Program-made: the position numbers and the translations under genes
Assembly (NCBI RefSeq): GCF_006345805.1
Contig: NC_042998.1
Coordinates: 184,140,001 to 184,204,000 of the forward strand
Origin: Octopus sinensis
Lineage: Eukaryota
Direction: 5' to 3'
DNA length: 64,000 nucleotides
Shown: in pieces, positions 1 to 13,604 of the stretch
Layout of the letters: the number at the start of each line of letters is the position of its first letter
Numbering within the stretch: the first letter of the stretch is position 1
Notes under the pieces: model-generated
Told to the model about the DNA's origin: nothing
What the model saw: the letters and a program-made list of their open reading frames with translations, nothing else
The model's database searches: none

Positions 1-240
1 TATTTCACGTTGCTCCAGTTCACTCAGCTGTAGAAATGAGTTGCGACGTCATAGGTGCCAAGCTGTATCGACCTTTGTCTTTCCCTTGGATAACACTGGT
101 GGCGTGGAGAGGGGAGGCCGGTATGCATGGGCGACTACTGGTCTTCCATAAAACAACCTTGCCCAGACTTGTGCCTCAGAGGGTAACTCTCTAGGTGCAA
201 ACCCATTGTCACTCATGACCGAAGGGGGTCTTTACCCTTT
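1..240 (+). mobile_element. SINE-like repeat, 3' part (cut by window start); central region related to the SINE at 16590-16838
   Basis: tatttcacgttgctccagttcactcagctg resembles the reverse complement of 16720-16750 (catttcacattgctccagtccactcaactg); ends in gggggtctttaccctttt. Confidence 0.5.
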
Positions 241-367
241 TGTTATGTTCTGTACTCAAGAATCCCTCAACACATGGCTATGATGTTCGCTTTATTTCGA
301 AGCATATGTGTATCAATTTCTAACACCAGGTTATTAGTGTCACGATATCTAAGCAAAACTCTAAAAT

Positions 368-426
368 ATGTGTGTATGTGTGTGTGTGTGTATGTGTGTG
401 TGTATGTGGTGTGTGTGTGTGCGTGC

Positions 427-478
<52 letters not shown>

Positions 479-500
479 GTGCATGCATGTGTATGTATGT
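368..500. repeat. (TG)n microsatellite
   Basis: Direct inspection; source of the spurious ORFs at 267-572. Confidence 0.95.
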
Positions 501-1020
501 CCATTTTTAATTCAGTGCAAAATTCTGTCTGACCAATGCAAGCATGGAAAAGAGGACATTAAAAATATGTGATGATGATGATGATTCATGTACTTATTGC
601 AGCAGTCCTTCAGTTTTTCTAAGCCCTGTAAAAGAACTCAGAAGGTTGAGCCACCAGCCAGGCCTTTCAAGATACCCTTAAAGCCAAGAACTTTTCAGCA
701 CCCACATTCAAATTCTCTCTTTTTAAACAGCATCACACTTCATATGAAAACTTTGGGAGCTGTATTCTCCAACAGCACAATTTAATATTATTGACAGCAG
801 ATTTAGGTTGCAATCAGATAGAATAGCTGTTGCTTTTTGTTTTGTAACAAGTTTGAATTTTTGTGTTAAAAGTTATGTCATATTTTATCAACTGATTTGA
901 CTATTGCAAATGCTTATTTACTCTAAAGCAAGTGAGGCTGCTTCCTGCACCAATTTCGCATAGCCCCAGCCCATTCAAAGTACCTTGGATTGCAGTTACC
1001 TTGGATCATAGGGTGACCTG

Positions 1021-1345
1021 CTGTGCTTGAGGAGACCTATTGAGTCAAGTACATCATCATCAAAATAAATATCAAATGGAAATTGTAGTTACGATACCTG
1101 TGCTAGTGGCACGTAAAAAGCACCATCCGAATGTGGCCGATGCCAGTACTGCCTTGACTGGCTTCCATGCCGGTGACATGTAAAAAGCACCCACTACACT
1201 CATGGAGTGGTTGGCGTTAGGAAGGGCATCAAGCTGTAGACTGGAGCCTGGTGTAGCCTCCTGGCTTCCAGACCCCGGTCGAACTGTCCAAGCCATGCTA
1301 GCACGGAAAACGGACGTTAAACGATGATGATGATGATGATGATGA
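1021..1345 (+). mobile_element. RTE-family 3' UTR copy with (GAT)n tail
   Basis: Contains gtggttggcgttaggaagggcatc...ggacgttaaacgatgatgat, the sequence that ends the RTE LINE copies at 3620-4728 and 24700-26555. Confidence 0.8.
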
Positions 1346-1784
1346 TTCAAGCTAGAAACAAATTGATTGTCCATTTTGCATTAGGACACAGACACATCTG
1401 TTTAAGGAGTAAAAAATTTATCAAGTGTCAGAACAGATAATGAAACTGTTGTAACATCATTTTTCAGTTTCTTAATTGCTTAAAAGTATTTAACCAATAT
1501 TTGAAAATACTAATATGTTTAATTCCATGTTAGGTTGTTGCTATTGTTGTAAAATATTTCATCCAATTTCAGTAATATAGGAAAAATTCCATTATAATGA
1601 AATTAATCAGGTAGGAAAAAAATTTGCCGTGACGAAAAATTCTCGTTATCAAATTACCAAAAACAAATCATAAAGATACTTGTATTCCTGTAGTACATGA
1701 ATTTCTACAGTTCTATCTATTCTTATGGTTTGTGACAGAATTATTATGATTCTTTGTTAATTGTTTTAATTATTTCATCATTAT

Positions 1785-2005
1785 TGTCATCATCATCGTT
1801 TAACATCCGCTTTCCATGCTAGCATGGGTTGGACGATTTTGACTAAGGGCTGGCGAACCAGATGGCTGCACCAGGTTCCAATCTTGATCTGGCAGAGTTT
1901 CTACCGCTGGATGCCCTTCCTAACGCCAACCACTCAGAGAGTGTAGTGGATGCTTTTTACATGCCGCCAGTCAGGTGGCCAGTCAGGCGGTTCTGGCAAC
2001 GACCT
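1785..2005 (-). mobile_element. RTE-family 3' UTR copy
   Basis: catcatcatcgtttaacatccgctttccatgctagc...gatgcccttcctaacgccaaccac is the reverse complement of the same tail. Confidence 0.8.
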
Positions 2006-2884
2006 CATATATTAATTGCATGGGTGTCTGTGTAGTTAAGAAGCTCACTTTGCAACTACACAGTTTCAAGTTCAGTCCAACCAATGCCTTGTGAGTGAAT
2101 TTGGTAGATAGAAACTATGTAGAAACTTGGCATAAACATGGCTTGTAGAGAAAATACAGATGACTCAATGATCAGTCAATAAGATCTATTAATCAATGCA
2201 TCAAAACACTGTTCATCCCAAATTGAGATTAGATGGAAAATTCTGATAATATTACAGGTGCTATACAGATGTAGCAAGTAGCCATTTTTAAAATAGTGCG
2301 CCAATTTGTGGTAGCTGGCAATATGACCTAATGTCGTATTACCGAAGAAATATTATTGTCGTTTTTCCATTGGTTAATATAACTGCTCATATAGGAATTC
2401 TAAGAGTTACTTAAAGAATATTTGTATGTAATTTCGATTCTTTAAAGTCAAGTTGAGCAGTTATAAAAACCCTGGATTTTGGGATAAACTTCAGTGTTTG
2501 TTGGATGTAACTAAACTCCATGACACTCACTTCTTTGAGACATAGGTGATTTTTCATGCCATGTCCAAGGAAAAATCCAACACAACTCTATTTTTAATAG
2601 CAGCAAACATTGCTTATGAAATGATAACCAAATCTGTAAATAAAAAGGATGGAAAGGGTAATCAAGTACTACAACTGTTTCAAAAGCATATTGGGTGCAT
2701 CTTACATAACACTTCGAATGTCTTGTAGCTGTCTGGTGTATTTTTTCATCAGGTACATATGGTTGTTAATTTTTCTCATTAGTCTGCTAAAAATTGCCAT
2801 TCCATTTTTAATTCCAAGATGCAATCATGTGAATTGGTATATTTCATTATTGCACATCAAAGACTGTAAAATATTGCTTGATAA

Positions 2885-3365
2885 TATCATCATCATCATT
2901 TAACGTCCGCTTTCCACACTAGCATGGGTTGAACGATTTGACTGAGGTCTGGTGAACCAGATGGCTGTGCCAGGCTCCAATCTGATCTAGCAGAGTTTCT
3001 ACAGCAGGATGCCCTTCCTAATGCCAACCACTCCAAGAGTGTAGTGGGTGCTTTTAATGTGCCACCAGCATGAGGGTCAGTCTGGCAGTACTGACAATGG
3101 CCATGCTCTAAAATGGTGTTTTTTACGTGCCACCTGCACAGGAGTCAGTCCAGCAGCACTGGCAATGACCTCGCTTGAATGTTTTGTTCACGTGCCAGTG
3201 AGGCAACGCTGACAATGATCACTCTCAAATGGTGCTCTTTACGTGCCAGACAGCTGCTCTGGCAGTGATCCTGCTTGGATGGAGCTGTTAGCGCTCCACT
3301 GGCATGGGTGCCAGTCATTGAATTTGGTTCAATTTCGATTTCACTTGCCCCAACAGGTCTTTGCA
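2885..3365 (-). mobile_element. RTE-family 3' UTR copy with internal sub-repeats
   Basis: Same tail plus several ~65-bp subunits (tttacgtgcca...). Confidence 0.8.
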
Positions 3366-3619
3366 ATCAAATAGTATAAAAATTATGATTTTCATACATT
3401 TGACTTGAAACATTATTATAAGGAAATGCATCTAGTTCTGTGTATCTATTGATTTTCTTTTATCACCACTTTTGTTGGCTATAACAACTTGAAAATACCA
3501 TGATAACTTTGAAGGCTAGCAGTTTATTAGTTTCAACTTTGATGTATTCATAACCTTCAGAAGTGAATATTTAGTGTTTTGAGGGTTTGTCAAATATATT
3601 ACTAAAAGCAATTAAGGAT

Positions 3620-4728
3620 TTGAAGACAGGGAAAGCCCCGACCCATCAGGAATTACTGCTGAGATGCTTGAAATATCTGGTGGTATAGGCTATAGTCTAG
3701 GCACCCATATAGTCAACTAGGTGATACATGAAGGAGTCATACCCAATGACTGGTATAGCAGTGCCATAGTCAACTACTACAAAAGGCAACACATTAGATA
3801 GGAATAATTACAGAGGTATCAAATTGTTGGATCAGATAATGAAAGTCATGGAGAGGGTCATAGCCCAACTAATTAGAGACAGAATTATTTTAGATGACAT
3901 GCAGTTTGGGTTTGTGCCAGGTAGAAGCACCACTGATGCTATATTTCTGGTTAGACAGCTGCAGGAGAAATTTCTAGCCAAAAATGAACCTCTGTACTTG
4001 GCTTTTGTTGACTTGGAGAAAGCCTTTGACAGGGTCCCCCGATCCTTTATCTGGTGGTCAAAGTGGAAATTAGGGATAGACAAGTGGTTGGTGAGAGCTG
4101 TACAAGCCCTATACAGGGATGCTATCAGTAAGGTGAGGGTTGACAATGAGTATAGTGAAGAATTCTGGGTACAAGTAAGGGTTCACCAAGGATCAGTCAT
4201 CAGCAGCCCCCTCTTATTCATTATTGTCCTCCAGGAAATAACAGAGGAATTCAAGACAGGCTGCTCCTGGGAGCTCCTCTATGCTGATGACCTTGCTCTA
4301 ATAGCTGAGTCACTACCAGAACTAGAGAAGAAGTTTCAGGTGTGGAAGCAAGGTCTAGAACCAAAGTGCCTTAGAGTCAATTTAGCAAAAACAAAAATCT
4401 TCTCAAGCGTGGCCGATGCCAGTGCCACCTTACTGGCATGTAAAGAGCACATGACCAACTCTAATGCGACCTGACTGGCACTCATATTGGTGGCATGTAA
4501 AAAGCACCATCCAAGAGTGGTCAATGCCAGTGCTGCCTAACAGGCTTCCATGTAAAAAGCACCCACTACACTCTTGGAGTGGCTGGTGTTAGGAAGGGCA
4601 TCCAGCTATAGGAACCTTGCCAGATCAGATTGGAGTCTGTTGCAGCCTCCTGGCTTGCCAGTCCTTAGTCAAACCATCCAACCCATTCCAGCATGGAAAG
4701 CAGACATTAAGCGATGATGATGATGATG
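3620..4728 (+). mobile_element. RTE-clade LINE fragment: RT domain joined directly to 3' UTR (internal deletion)
   Basis: ORF 3824-4474 has QFGFVPGRSTTDAIF, AFVDLEKAFDRVP, VHQGSVIS and LYADDLAL; coding sequence jumps to the 3' UTR at about 4400; (GAT)n tail. Confidence 0.9.
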
Positions 4729-6349
4729 AATCAACACATACATTAGACTTAGTAAAAGGTGAGAGTTTATTTTTAAATTCAAAGTGAAGCAACTGAAACT
4801 GTGATAATGTAGGGATTTTTAAGATGGCAGAGTCAGATATTACACAAAAAAAAAAAAAAAGAAAGGAAACTTCAGTTACTGAAGGTAGCAAGTGTTTATT
4901 TCAATGTTTAAAATTGATTAAAGCTTGTTTTCACCAACAGATTATTCCTTTTGAGATGATCTGGAATCAGTGTCGGGTAGGGGTAGTCTGTCCTCAGGTA
5001 AGACTTTTATAGCAACAGCACTTTTGGGTCTACTGTGTAAGCATGTGTAGGCTGTATTGAAATATTGCAAGGGTGGAGAGTAGAGGAAAACTCAAGGATT
5101 GCCCCTGGTGGCACACTCTCTAGCTATGCCATTATCTGTGAATGGTTAAATATCAAACCTTTTCACATGACTTCGCAGATGAAGCACAATTCACAACCAC
5201 TATCAATATGTTGCTGTTAATTGCCAATTTACTGCACCTAACAGACATTTCCCTTTGGCTCTTTGACAGGATAAAACCTCTGATATTATTGGTTTATGAC
5301 CATAGCTTTACACAACGTTCAATCATTTTATAAATTATGCATTATTTATTAACAACAGAACATTCTTTATGGCCATGTCACTTGTTTATACACGAAACAA
5401 ATTTTAGCCTGAATTGAAATAAATTTCCCTACAGTTGCAAGTTAAGGATTATGGTCATTCATAGTAATACTGTCCAAAGCATAAAAGTGTACTCTTCCAC
5501 CTGGTCTGGAGAAATGACAGTCTGAGATATAAAGGCTTTCTCAGCTTTATTGTATACTTTACCTTTTGATTGATTTACCTGTTAAAACCTTGTCAAAAAT
5601 GATCTCTTCAAAAAGGATGTAGTAAATTTACAGTATTTTGAGATTTGTCTCAAACAGAAGATTTTTTTTCTCTACTACTTCAGCTTCTGGGTTTGTGTGT
5701 GTGTGTACATGTGTGTGCACATGCATGTGTGTGTGCACATGCATGCGTGTGTGGGCATTTCAGGCTTAATTAGAAATAAATCCCATTTGTTATTCTCATC
5801 CATCTTCATAAGTCTTACATATATTTCAAACTGGATAATATGTTTATCAAAAGGTATTATAGAGTTATTTCTTAACACGGAGGTGGGGATGATTTTACTG
5901 ATGACATAGTTGATTATATTAACTTCTGATCTGTCAAAATTGCCATAATTCATACTTTCAGGGAATCAATATTCAACTAAAGATGTATTTCACACTTCAG
6001 AAATTGTCGACTAATGAAGTCATTTTATTCACCTTTCATAATAAATGGTAAACTGTTCCACTACAGGCCAGTATGCATGAGCACAAGATACTAATGATCA
6101 TACACAATTCCGCTGTTAGTAACTGACATAACAGCATAAGGCAATTACAGAACCCTAATCCCACATTACGATTATTAGAACATGAACAGTTCAACATTAA
6201 TTCGGGCAACAAGCTTTCGTCCAATCAAACAGGCATTAATGTGAAAAAGTGTACTTCAGTTACCAACAAATGTGCTCACACACATATACAAACCTGTATA
6301 AATGTATGTGTGTGTACGTGAAAAGCAAGATAAATTGCTGTTTAAGCCT

Positions 6350-6984
6350 GAATAAATAAATTTATAATCAAAGTCATTCCTGTTATGATCATTCCACCTT
6401 TTCTCATATATTTTCTACCTTGGACTACATTTTTTGATATGTCAGTTTTCAGATAGTAGGATATGTTAATTGGGGGGAATTTGGCTGCTATTTCTAGTAG
6501 GTCAAATAATCGCATTGCTGGCTTGTACATCTCCTGGGCATGGATACATTGAAACTCCGACATCTGGCAGCTGACTTGGCAGACACCCATAAAATTATTA
6601 ACCATCTTACAAACAATAACTCTGAGCACCTTTTCAAACTCCACCCGTCTAACACCCGTGGACATGTTTACAAAGTCAGAAAACGGCACAGCTCCCATGA
6701 CTTTCGGAAACATTTTTTCACGCTGAGAGTTGCTGAAGCATGGAACAAACTGCCGGCATTAGTTTTTAGTTGTCAGAGCACTGCATCCTTCAAAACTTCC
6801 ATGCTTCCGAAGATTCGCCAACACTACACCTGATTTTCCCCCCTCCAATACACACACAAGCATGTATCTGACTCATACATTGTTGACTTTCCAGACATTT
6901 GTACATTACTGCATATGCTTTATATGCACTTTTGACAAGTTGTGGTGCACCTGAGCACTGTATACAATAATTTAATTATTATTA

Positions 6985-7020
<36 letters not shown>
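6350..7020 (+). mobile_element. CR1-like LINE 3' fragment with (ATT)n tail
   Basis: ORF 6540-6833 (RGHVYKV...RKHFFTLRVAEAWNKLP) is a CR1-type C-terminus; same 3' end (gtgcacctgagcactg + ATT repeats) as 36400-38022. Confidence 0.85.
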
Positions 7021-7021
<1 letters not shown>

Positions 7022-7849
7022 GAATATATTCAAGGTTTTCTTTTAATGAAGCTGGAGAAGGCGGGAAGTGTTCATTTAGTATCATAGAGCAGTATACCAA
7101 ACCTTTGTTTCCCCCTCATCAGGTGAGGTATACTGCTGAGAACAGTATAGAGGTGGTCATAGCTTTGTAACCCAAACTGTGTCACATCCTCTTGATGGCA
7201 ATTGATAAGAAGAGATATAACAAAATGGATCTTTTTATATTGCAGGAAGTTAAGAAACAAGGTTCATGTTTAATTTAACATATGTTAAACACACCTCTTT
7301 CCAGAATCCATTATCAACTGATCATGTTTTATGACCAAGTAAGCTATAGAATGCCAAAGGCAGTTTCATAAAAGTAATTTGGTCAGGCTGAAAACAAGCA
7401 AAGCAATTAATTTACTTTGGAACTTGTTTCCTATTTTAATATTTAACAAAATAGGAATTATTAATGAATCATTTACTTTAAATATATATATACATCTGCT
7501 TTATCATTGTCAGTTTTGGCAGCAGAGTAGTAAAATTTCACATCATCATCATCATCATCATCGTCGTCATCGTCATCATCGTCGTCATCATCATCATCAT
7601 TTAATGTCCACTTTTCTGTGCTAGCATAAATCTGAATTTATTCAGACAGTTTCTCTATAGCTAGATGCCCTTCCAGTCACCAACTCTCAACCGTTTCCAA
7701 GCAAAGTAATATTTTCCCACAGCCAGGCATATTTTTTCCATGGCAGATGAGGCAAAGCAACATTACTTGTGTGATGGTGATGCATGTTTACGATCATTAT
7801 GTTATCAGGATAAGAGCAGATATACACATTCATTCAGAAACACACATAC

Positions 7850-7853
7850 AACA

Positions 7854-7916
<63 letters not shown>
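7850..7916. repeat. (TATC)n array directly 5' of the Tx1-like element (left candidate target-site copy)
   Basis: aacatatctatctatc...; first 27 nt identical to 13983-14009. Confidence 0.9.
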
Positions 7917-8126
7917 GGACGGACGCTAGTCATATCGGCTCCAAGTAAGTTGGCCACTTTTACATGTTTAAAACTCCTTGTTGTCAAATATTTTGTTTTA
8001 ATCGTGTGCAAATTCATTCACTAAAAAACCTGAGAATTATTCACGTAGAATTCCGCCCCTGTATGGGCGAAATTACAAAAAAACTTTCAAAACTTTCGTG
8101 GGTTTTTTAGCCATTTTTTTTTGAAA

Positions 8127-10140
8127 ATGGCAACTAGAAACCACGTGGCTAGCCCGCCAGTCATGCAGAACGGTAGCAAAACACTATTGCTACCACTAGC
8201 TGCTAAACATCGCAGCGTGAACACCGCTGTCACCACCATCACCACCACCAACAACAACAACAACAAATCTAACGTCGCATTCACCATCGCCGCGACCAAA
8301 GACATTAACTTAGATTTCCCCTCACTCCCCACACCACGTTGTGATAAAGGGACAGAGAAAGGGATTTCAAAAATGAATACAAACGAAAACATGAATGCCA
8401 GCACCACCACCATCACCACCAACCACAACAACAACAACGAAATTGGCACAAAGCCGCCTACCAAAGACAACACCGCCAACACCAACACCACTACTACGAC
8501 GTCAAATGCTACATCCAAGCCTTCTGCTGCTAATACCGCCAACACAACACCACTACCATGACTTCAATTAACACTGCCACAATTAACACTTCTACTGCCA
8601 AATTCAAAACGAATTTTGCGGACGTAACAAAACAAAAAAGAACAATTGTAACATTCACCACACAAGAGATAAACCGCACAAAGGCACTCTTCTCCAAAGA
8701 AGGAGACAAATTGCACCTTCATATTCCACAACACATCGTGGAAAACACGCAAAAAAAAAAACAATAATTTATAAAGTAATAAACAAAAAAACAAGAAGAA
8801 CAGAAAATGCACCGCAGGAAAAAATCGATAAATGCCTTCGTCCTGTATGGGACTCCAAGGAATATATCAGTTGGGGAAACAAATTTGGTACAGTCCAAGT
8901 ACGTTTCCTCAACGAAAGTTTAGCAAAACGTTTTTCCACATTGGAGCTACATTCGGACGACTTGGTAATGATACCAGTCTATTTAAACAAAAGGGTCACG
9001 AAAGTCCAAATAAAAAACATACCATTTGATGTCGAAACACAATGGGTTGTCTCTGCCATCTGCTTTGAAATGTCAGAGACAATGTCAGAGACAAACATCC
9101 TGGAAATCGCGGTTCTAGGAGAGAAAGACTATGTGGGCAAATCAAATCGAATTCCTGCTTCAATTGGATGAAGCAGCTAGAGAGAAGATACCCACCGCTA
9201 TAGAACTGCCAGGAGGCTACAAACTCTATATAGTGGTAGAGGGCAGGCGACCACGCTGCTATTTGTGTGGAAGCGAAACACACTTGAAAAAGACGTGCCC
9301 AACCACTGCACACCAAGAGCAACAACAACAACCACTACCACAACCAAAGCACTCCGGAAAAAAAGCTCTACTACCCACACCACCATCAACACAGAAGACG
9401 ACAAGAGAAGCACACCAAGCTAATCCGTCATCAACCAAAAACCACTCGACACCTGGAAAAAATACCAACACTACCATCAACAGCAAAAACCCAAAGGAAC
9501 AGAAAAACAAAGAAAACACACACAAACTGATCCCCATCCCTTATACCGCACTCAACACACACAAACACTCAACAACCAACAACAACGAAAACAACAACAC
9601 AACCACTTACACAGACATACATAGAAGCCCACAACATACCCCTACCCCCTTCTGATTCCTCAGAAATTTCGTCGGAAGACGAAACCAGTGAGGAATGGCA
9701 AATAGCTACAAAAAGAAGGAAAATAAAGAGCAGAAACACAACCAAACAAATGCAAACACGAACAAAGCAGGGGGAAATACATCTCCCGAAGACATTTCAA
9801 AACCCAACGCAAACAACAGCCACACCAACACCACAAAAACATATACAGCAAACATGCTCACAGCCCATAGACACCCAAAAACACAAATTTGATGGAATAC
9901 ATCCAATCAAAAACAAACATAACAGAAGATGACATAAAAACAAACAAACACCCATACACAACACCACCAGACCACATCAAAATAATACACATCTCCAAAA
10001 GTCTGCACCACACACTCAAAGGCATTTTCCCCAGTGCGGTTGGTAAATGCCAAAAATATCTCACAAAAAGAAACTGTACTGGGATCTTCTCGAGGACAAA
10101 CCAACGGAGGAGAAAGCAAAAACTTTCGAGCAGTAAGTAA
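8127..10140 (+). CDS. Tx1-like ORF1 (gag-like nucleic-acid-binding protein), frameshifted as assembled
   Basis: Consecutive ORF pieces (8121-8561, 8558-8767, 8941-9171, 9131-9655, 9695-10140) in shifting frames; CX2CX4HX4C knuckle CYLCGSETHLKKTC; T/N-rich low-complexity termini. Confidence 0.75.
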
Positions 10141-10167
10141 CCCTCTGTATTCTAATTCATTAGAACT

Positions 10168-13100
10168 ATGATCAAGATTGGTTGTGTAAATGCGCGTGGC
10201 TTGGGGTCCCCTTGGAAACAAGGGTACCTCTTAAATGACATAAAGTCACATAAGTTAGAAATCATAGCCATAAGCGAGACCAGACTCCACAATCCGCGGG
10301 CCCTAAAGACCATGTTTGGCGGACAGTTCAACATTTATTTTTCCCCCTGTCTGCCGAGAATGGGCGGTAGTGGCACCGCGGTACTTTTTCACAAGAGTCT
10401 GGATCTCAATGTAAGGACAATATTCGTAGACCCGGAGGGTAGACTGGTCGTCCTGGATGTCGACGGCAGCAATGGGTGCGCTTTTCGGCTCGTATCAGTT
10501 TACGCACCGCCCTTAACAGGTCGGGCGGATTTCTTTCAACGTCTAGAAGTTTTCTTGGGAACGTCTCGTCCTTACTCTTAGTGGGGGATTGGAATGCTAC
10601 CTTGGACACGCATGTAGACTACGTGGGTAGAGATAGGAATAGACGGGGATGCAAATGCCTCAGAGACCTGCTCAGACGCTTTCAACTGTCTGACAGGTTC
10701 GACTAGACCACCCGAATGCGCCAACGTGGACATGGAGCAACCGCATCGGGTCGTCGAGATCGTATCTAGATAGGATACTGTGTAGGACAGTAGATAGAGA
10801 TAGCATAGGATGTCCACAATTCCACATAGTCAGCTACACGGATCACAAACTTGTGACATGTACGCTAGACTTAGGTAAGACACTTAGGCAGGGTCCCGGA
10901 TACTGGAAACTAAACGCGTCTTTCCCATCGAGACAAGTTTTCAGAGACCGGATTAGCACACTAGTAAAGAGGGCTTTGACGGGAGCCATCATCAACAACA
11001 AATGGTGGTTTGCCCTCAAGAGAGCAGTAAAAGCAGAAGCGATTAGGTACAGCAAAGCACTAGCCATAGATAGAAATAGAGTAGAGGGTGAGCTAGTTAA
11101 GAAGCTAGAAGAGGCAATTAGAAGCGGCATCGCATCCGACGTTTTGGCGGCGAGGTTGGCCCTCGACCAACACTTCAACGCCAAACACGAAGGATGTGCT
11201 GTCAGAGCTAGGATGCGTGCTCTAAGGAACGAAGGTGTTGGAGCCGCGAGAGAGGCCCGGGTGGCAGAGGCGCAACAGGGCAACAAAGCCACCATTCGGT
11301 CACTGGTAGATGAACAGGGGCGCGAATTGCTCGAGCCAAGTAAAATGTGTGAGGCCTTTCAGCAGCATTTTGCCCGACTGTTCGGAACGAGTGGAGGGCA
11401 AGAACGTAGGGTGGACTTCAGTGCCTACCTACATAGCCTACCACGACTCTCGACAAGAAAGGCAGGGTGCTGCGAAGGTGCCATCACGGCGGCGGAAGTG
11501 CGGGAAGCGATGGCAGAATGCTCGAGGGACAATCACCGGGTTTGGATGGTCTACCCTACGAGCTTTACAATTGTATGCCAGACTTGTTTGGAGATCTCTT
11601 GGCGGCGGTGTACTGCAACTGGCAGCAAAACGGGAGCATTCCTGTTTTGTGAGCCGAGGAGCCGTAACACTGCTGAAGAAAGATCTAAACAAGGGAAATG
11701 TAATAGATAACTTTAGGCCATCACTCTGCTTAATGCAGACTTGAAAATTTGGCCAAGGTGCTAGCCAAGAGGTTGGCGCTTGTCATCGAGAAACTGGTCG
11801 ACAAGGCGCAAACATGCGCCGTGCCAGGCCGGACCATCCATGACAACCTCCATCTGATGCGCTACATCATAGACAGGGTAGTTAACGAACCTGGCATGGG
11901 TGGGGCCCTGATCAACTTGGATCAATCAAAAGCCTTTGATAGGGTAGACCATCGATACTTGGAGGCAGTCCTGAGAGCGGCTGGTTTCGGTCCCGTCTTC
12001 CGCGGCTGGATAGCTGCCTTGTACAGAGGCATCCGTTCGGTAATTCGCGTAAATGGACATCTATCGAGACCTTTCGACATTGCACGTTCGGTCCGTCAGG
12101 GATGCCCCCTCTCGGCGCTTCTATACGTATTGACTCTTGAGCCACTACTGCGGAAGCTGGCGACTCTAAGGGGCATCCCGCGAGAATTGGGATGCGGGAC
12201 GAGCGTGTCTGCATACGCGGACGACGTCACCGTCATAGTGTCTAGCCACGAGCACATCGAGCTGGTCGGCGAGACACTGAAAAACTACGACGAAGCGGTG
12301 ACAGGAGCGAAAATCAACCGGGAAAAGTCAGTGGGCTTGCGACTAGGCACCTGGAGAAGCAAGCCCATGCCGTCCACCAGCGCCTCCGTCGTGGGACGCT
12401 GGACCGACGGCCCGGTGAGTTGCTCGGGGTCTGGTTTGGTCCGGACCTCCAAGTGGAGAAGAACTGGAACGAGATAACGAGTAGGGTGGTCACTCTCGCC
12501 CGGCAATGGGCCGAGAGGAAACTGTCCCTAAAAGGTCGAGCGGAGGGTGGCGAACACGTACATCGCGTCCGTCATCTACTACCGACCGCTGACCGTCGTA
12601 CCTTGTCCCGACCCTACCATCACCAAACTACAACGCATCCTCTTTCGCTTCTTGTGGAAAGGATGCGTCCCGATGGTCAGGCGATCCATTTGCTGTCAAC
12701 ACCCGTTAAAAGGAGGGCTGGGCATGCCGTGGTTGATGATGCGCAGACACGCGCTGAGACTGCGACATCTCTGGCTCTATGTAGACGACGGTGAACAGGT
12801 GTGGTCGCCGTTTGTGAGGCACGCTTTCCCGCAGCTCGTCTCCATGACCGAACTGCAGTCGTGGATCAAAAAGAGGCCGAGGAAGGGCGAATGGCACCGC
12901 GAGTGTCGCGTTGCTCTCAAGCAACTCTGCCGTCCTGGGTCGACCTTAAGTGACTTCAACACAACCAAAGCATTCTATAGGGGTTTAGTGGAGGGGAGGT
13001 ACGACGACGAGCTCGGGGCGAACCTGGACGACGACGAGGAGTACCTGACCCGCCTGTTCGGGACGACTTTCGGGCCAGGCCCATGGACAACTTCCAGAGA

Positions 13101-13604
13101 TCCCTGGCCTGGCAGTGCTACCGAGAAGCGCTACCCGTTCGGGATAAGCTCTACAGACACGGCTCGAGAAACACGGGGCCGACCTGCCCGAGATGCGGTC
13201 AGAGCGACGAAACCGTTCTGCACGCACTCGTTCAGTGTCCAACAATTTCCGACCTGTGGGCTTATGTCGAACAACTGCTGTCACGTGTGGGACGAGTCGG
13301 TTTATCAGCTGAGTCTATCGTCAATATTGTCACGCCTCCTTCCTTCAAACGGGAAGGAAGAGCTATTTTCATCATCCTTGTGGCTATGGCGAAAGAATGT
13401 ATCTGGTGGACGCGTCTGAAAGGATTGGAGACAAACACTTTCCTCTCTGGTCAATCTCTCATCAACTTCTTCAAGTACCACTTGAAAAGGAAAGTGAGAG
13501 TAGAGAGGCAAGTTTTGTCTAGCGAATGTTTTAAAAAAAGATGGGTGAATGTAGCAAGAATGGCACGTATGAATGACGAAGCCACCTTGAGCATAGTCCT
13601 ATGA
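10168..13604 (+). CDS. Tx1-like ORF2 (AP endonuclease - reverse transcriptase - C-terminal zinc motif), frameshifted as assembled
   Basis: APE motifs CVNARGL, ISETRL, VGDWNATLD, TDHKLV; GPGYWKLNAS; RT motifs SPGLDGLP, KAFDRVDH, RQGCPLSALLY, YADD (12214-12225); CPRCGQSDETVLHALVQC; stop at 13602-13604. Confidence 0.9.

Noticed and set aside
267-572. ORFs rich in HT, VC, YI, LSIY, poly-M/I/S/H here and at 27364-27774, 29131-29557, 30697-31498, 33234-33726, 48665-51558, 57102-59108 and 62981-63539
   Set aside because: These are translations of microsatellites and low-complexity tracts with no protein-like content.
8087-13511. Minus-strand ORFs overlapping the Tx1-like element
   Set aside because: They are antisense shadows of ORF1/ORF2 with no recognisable motifs.
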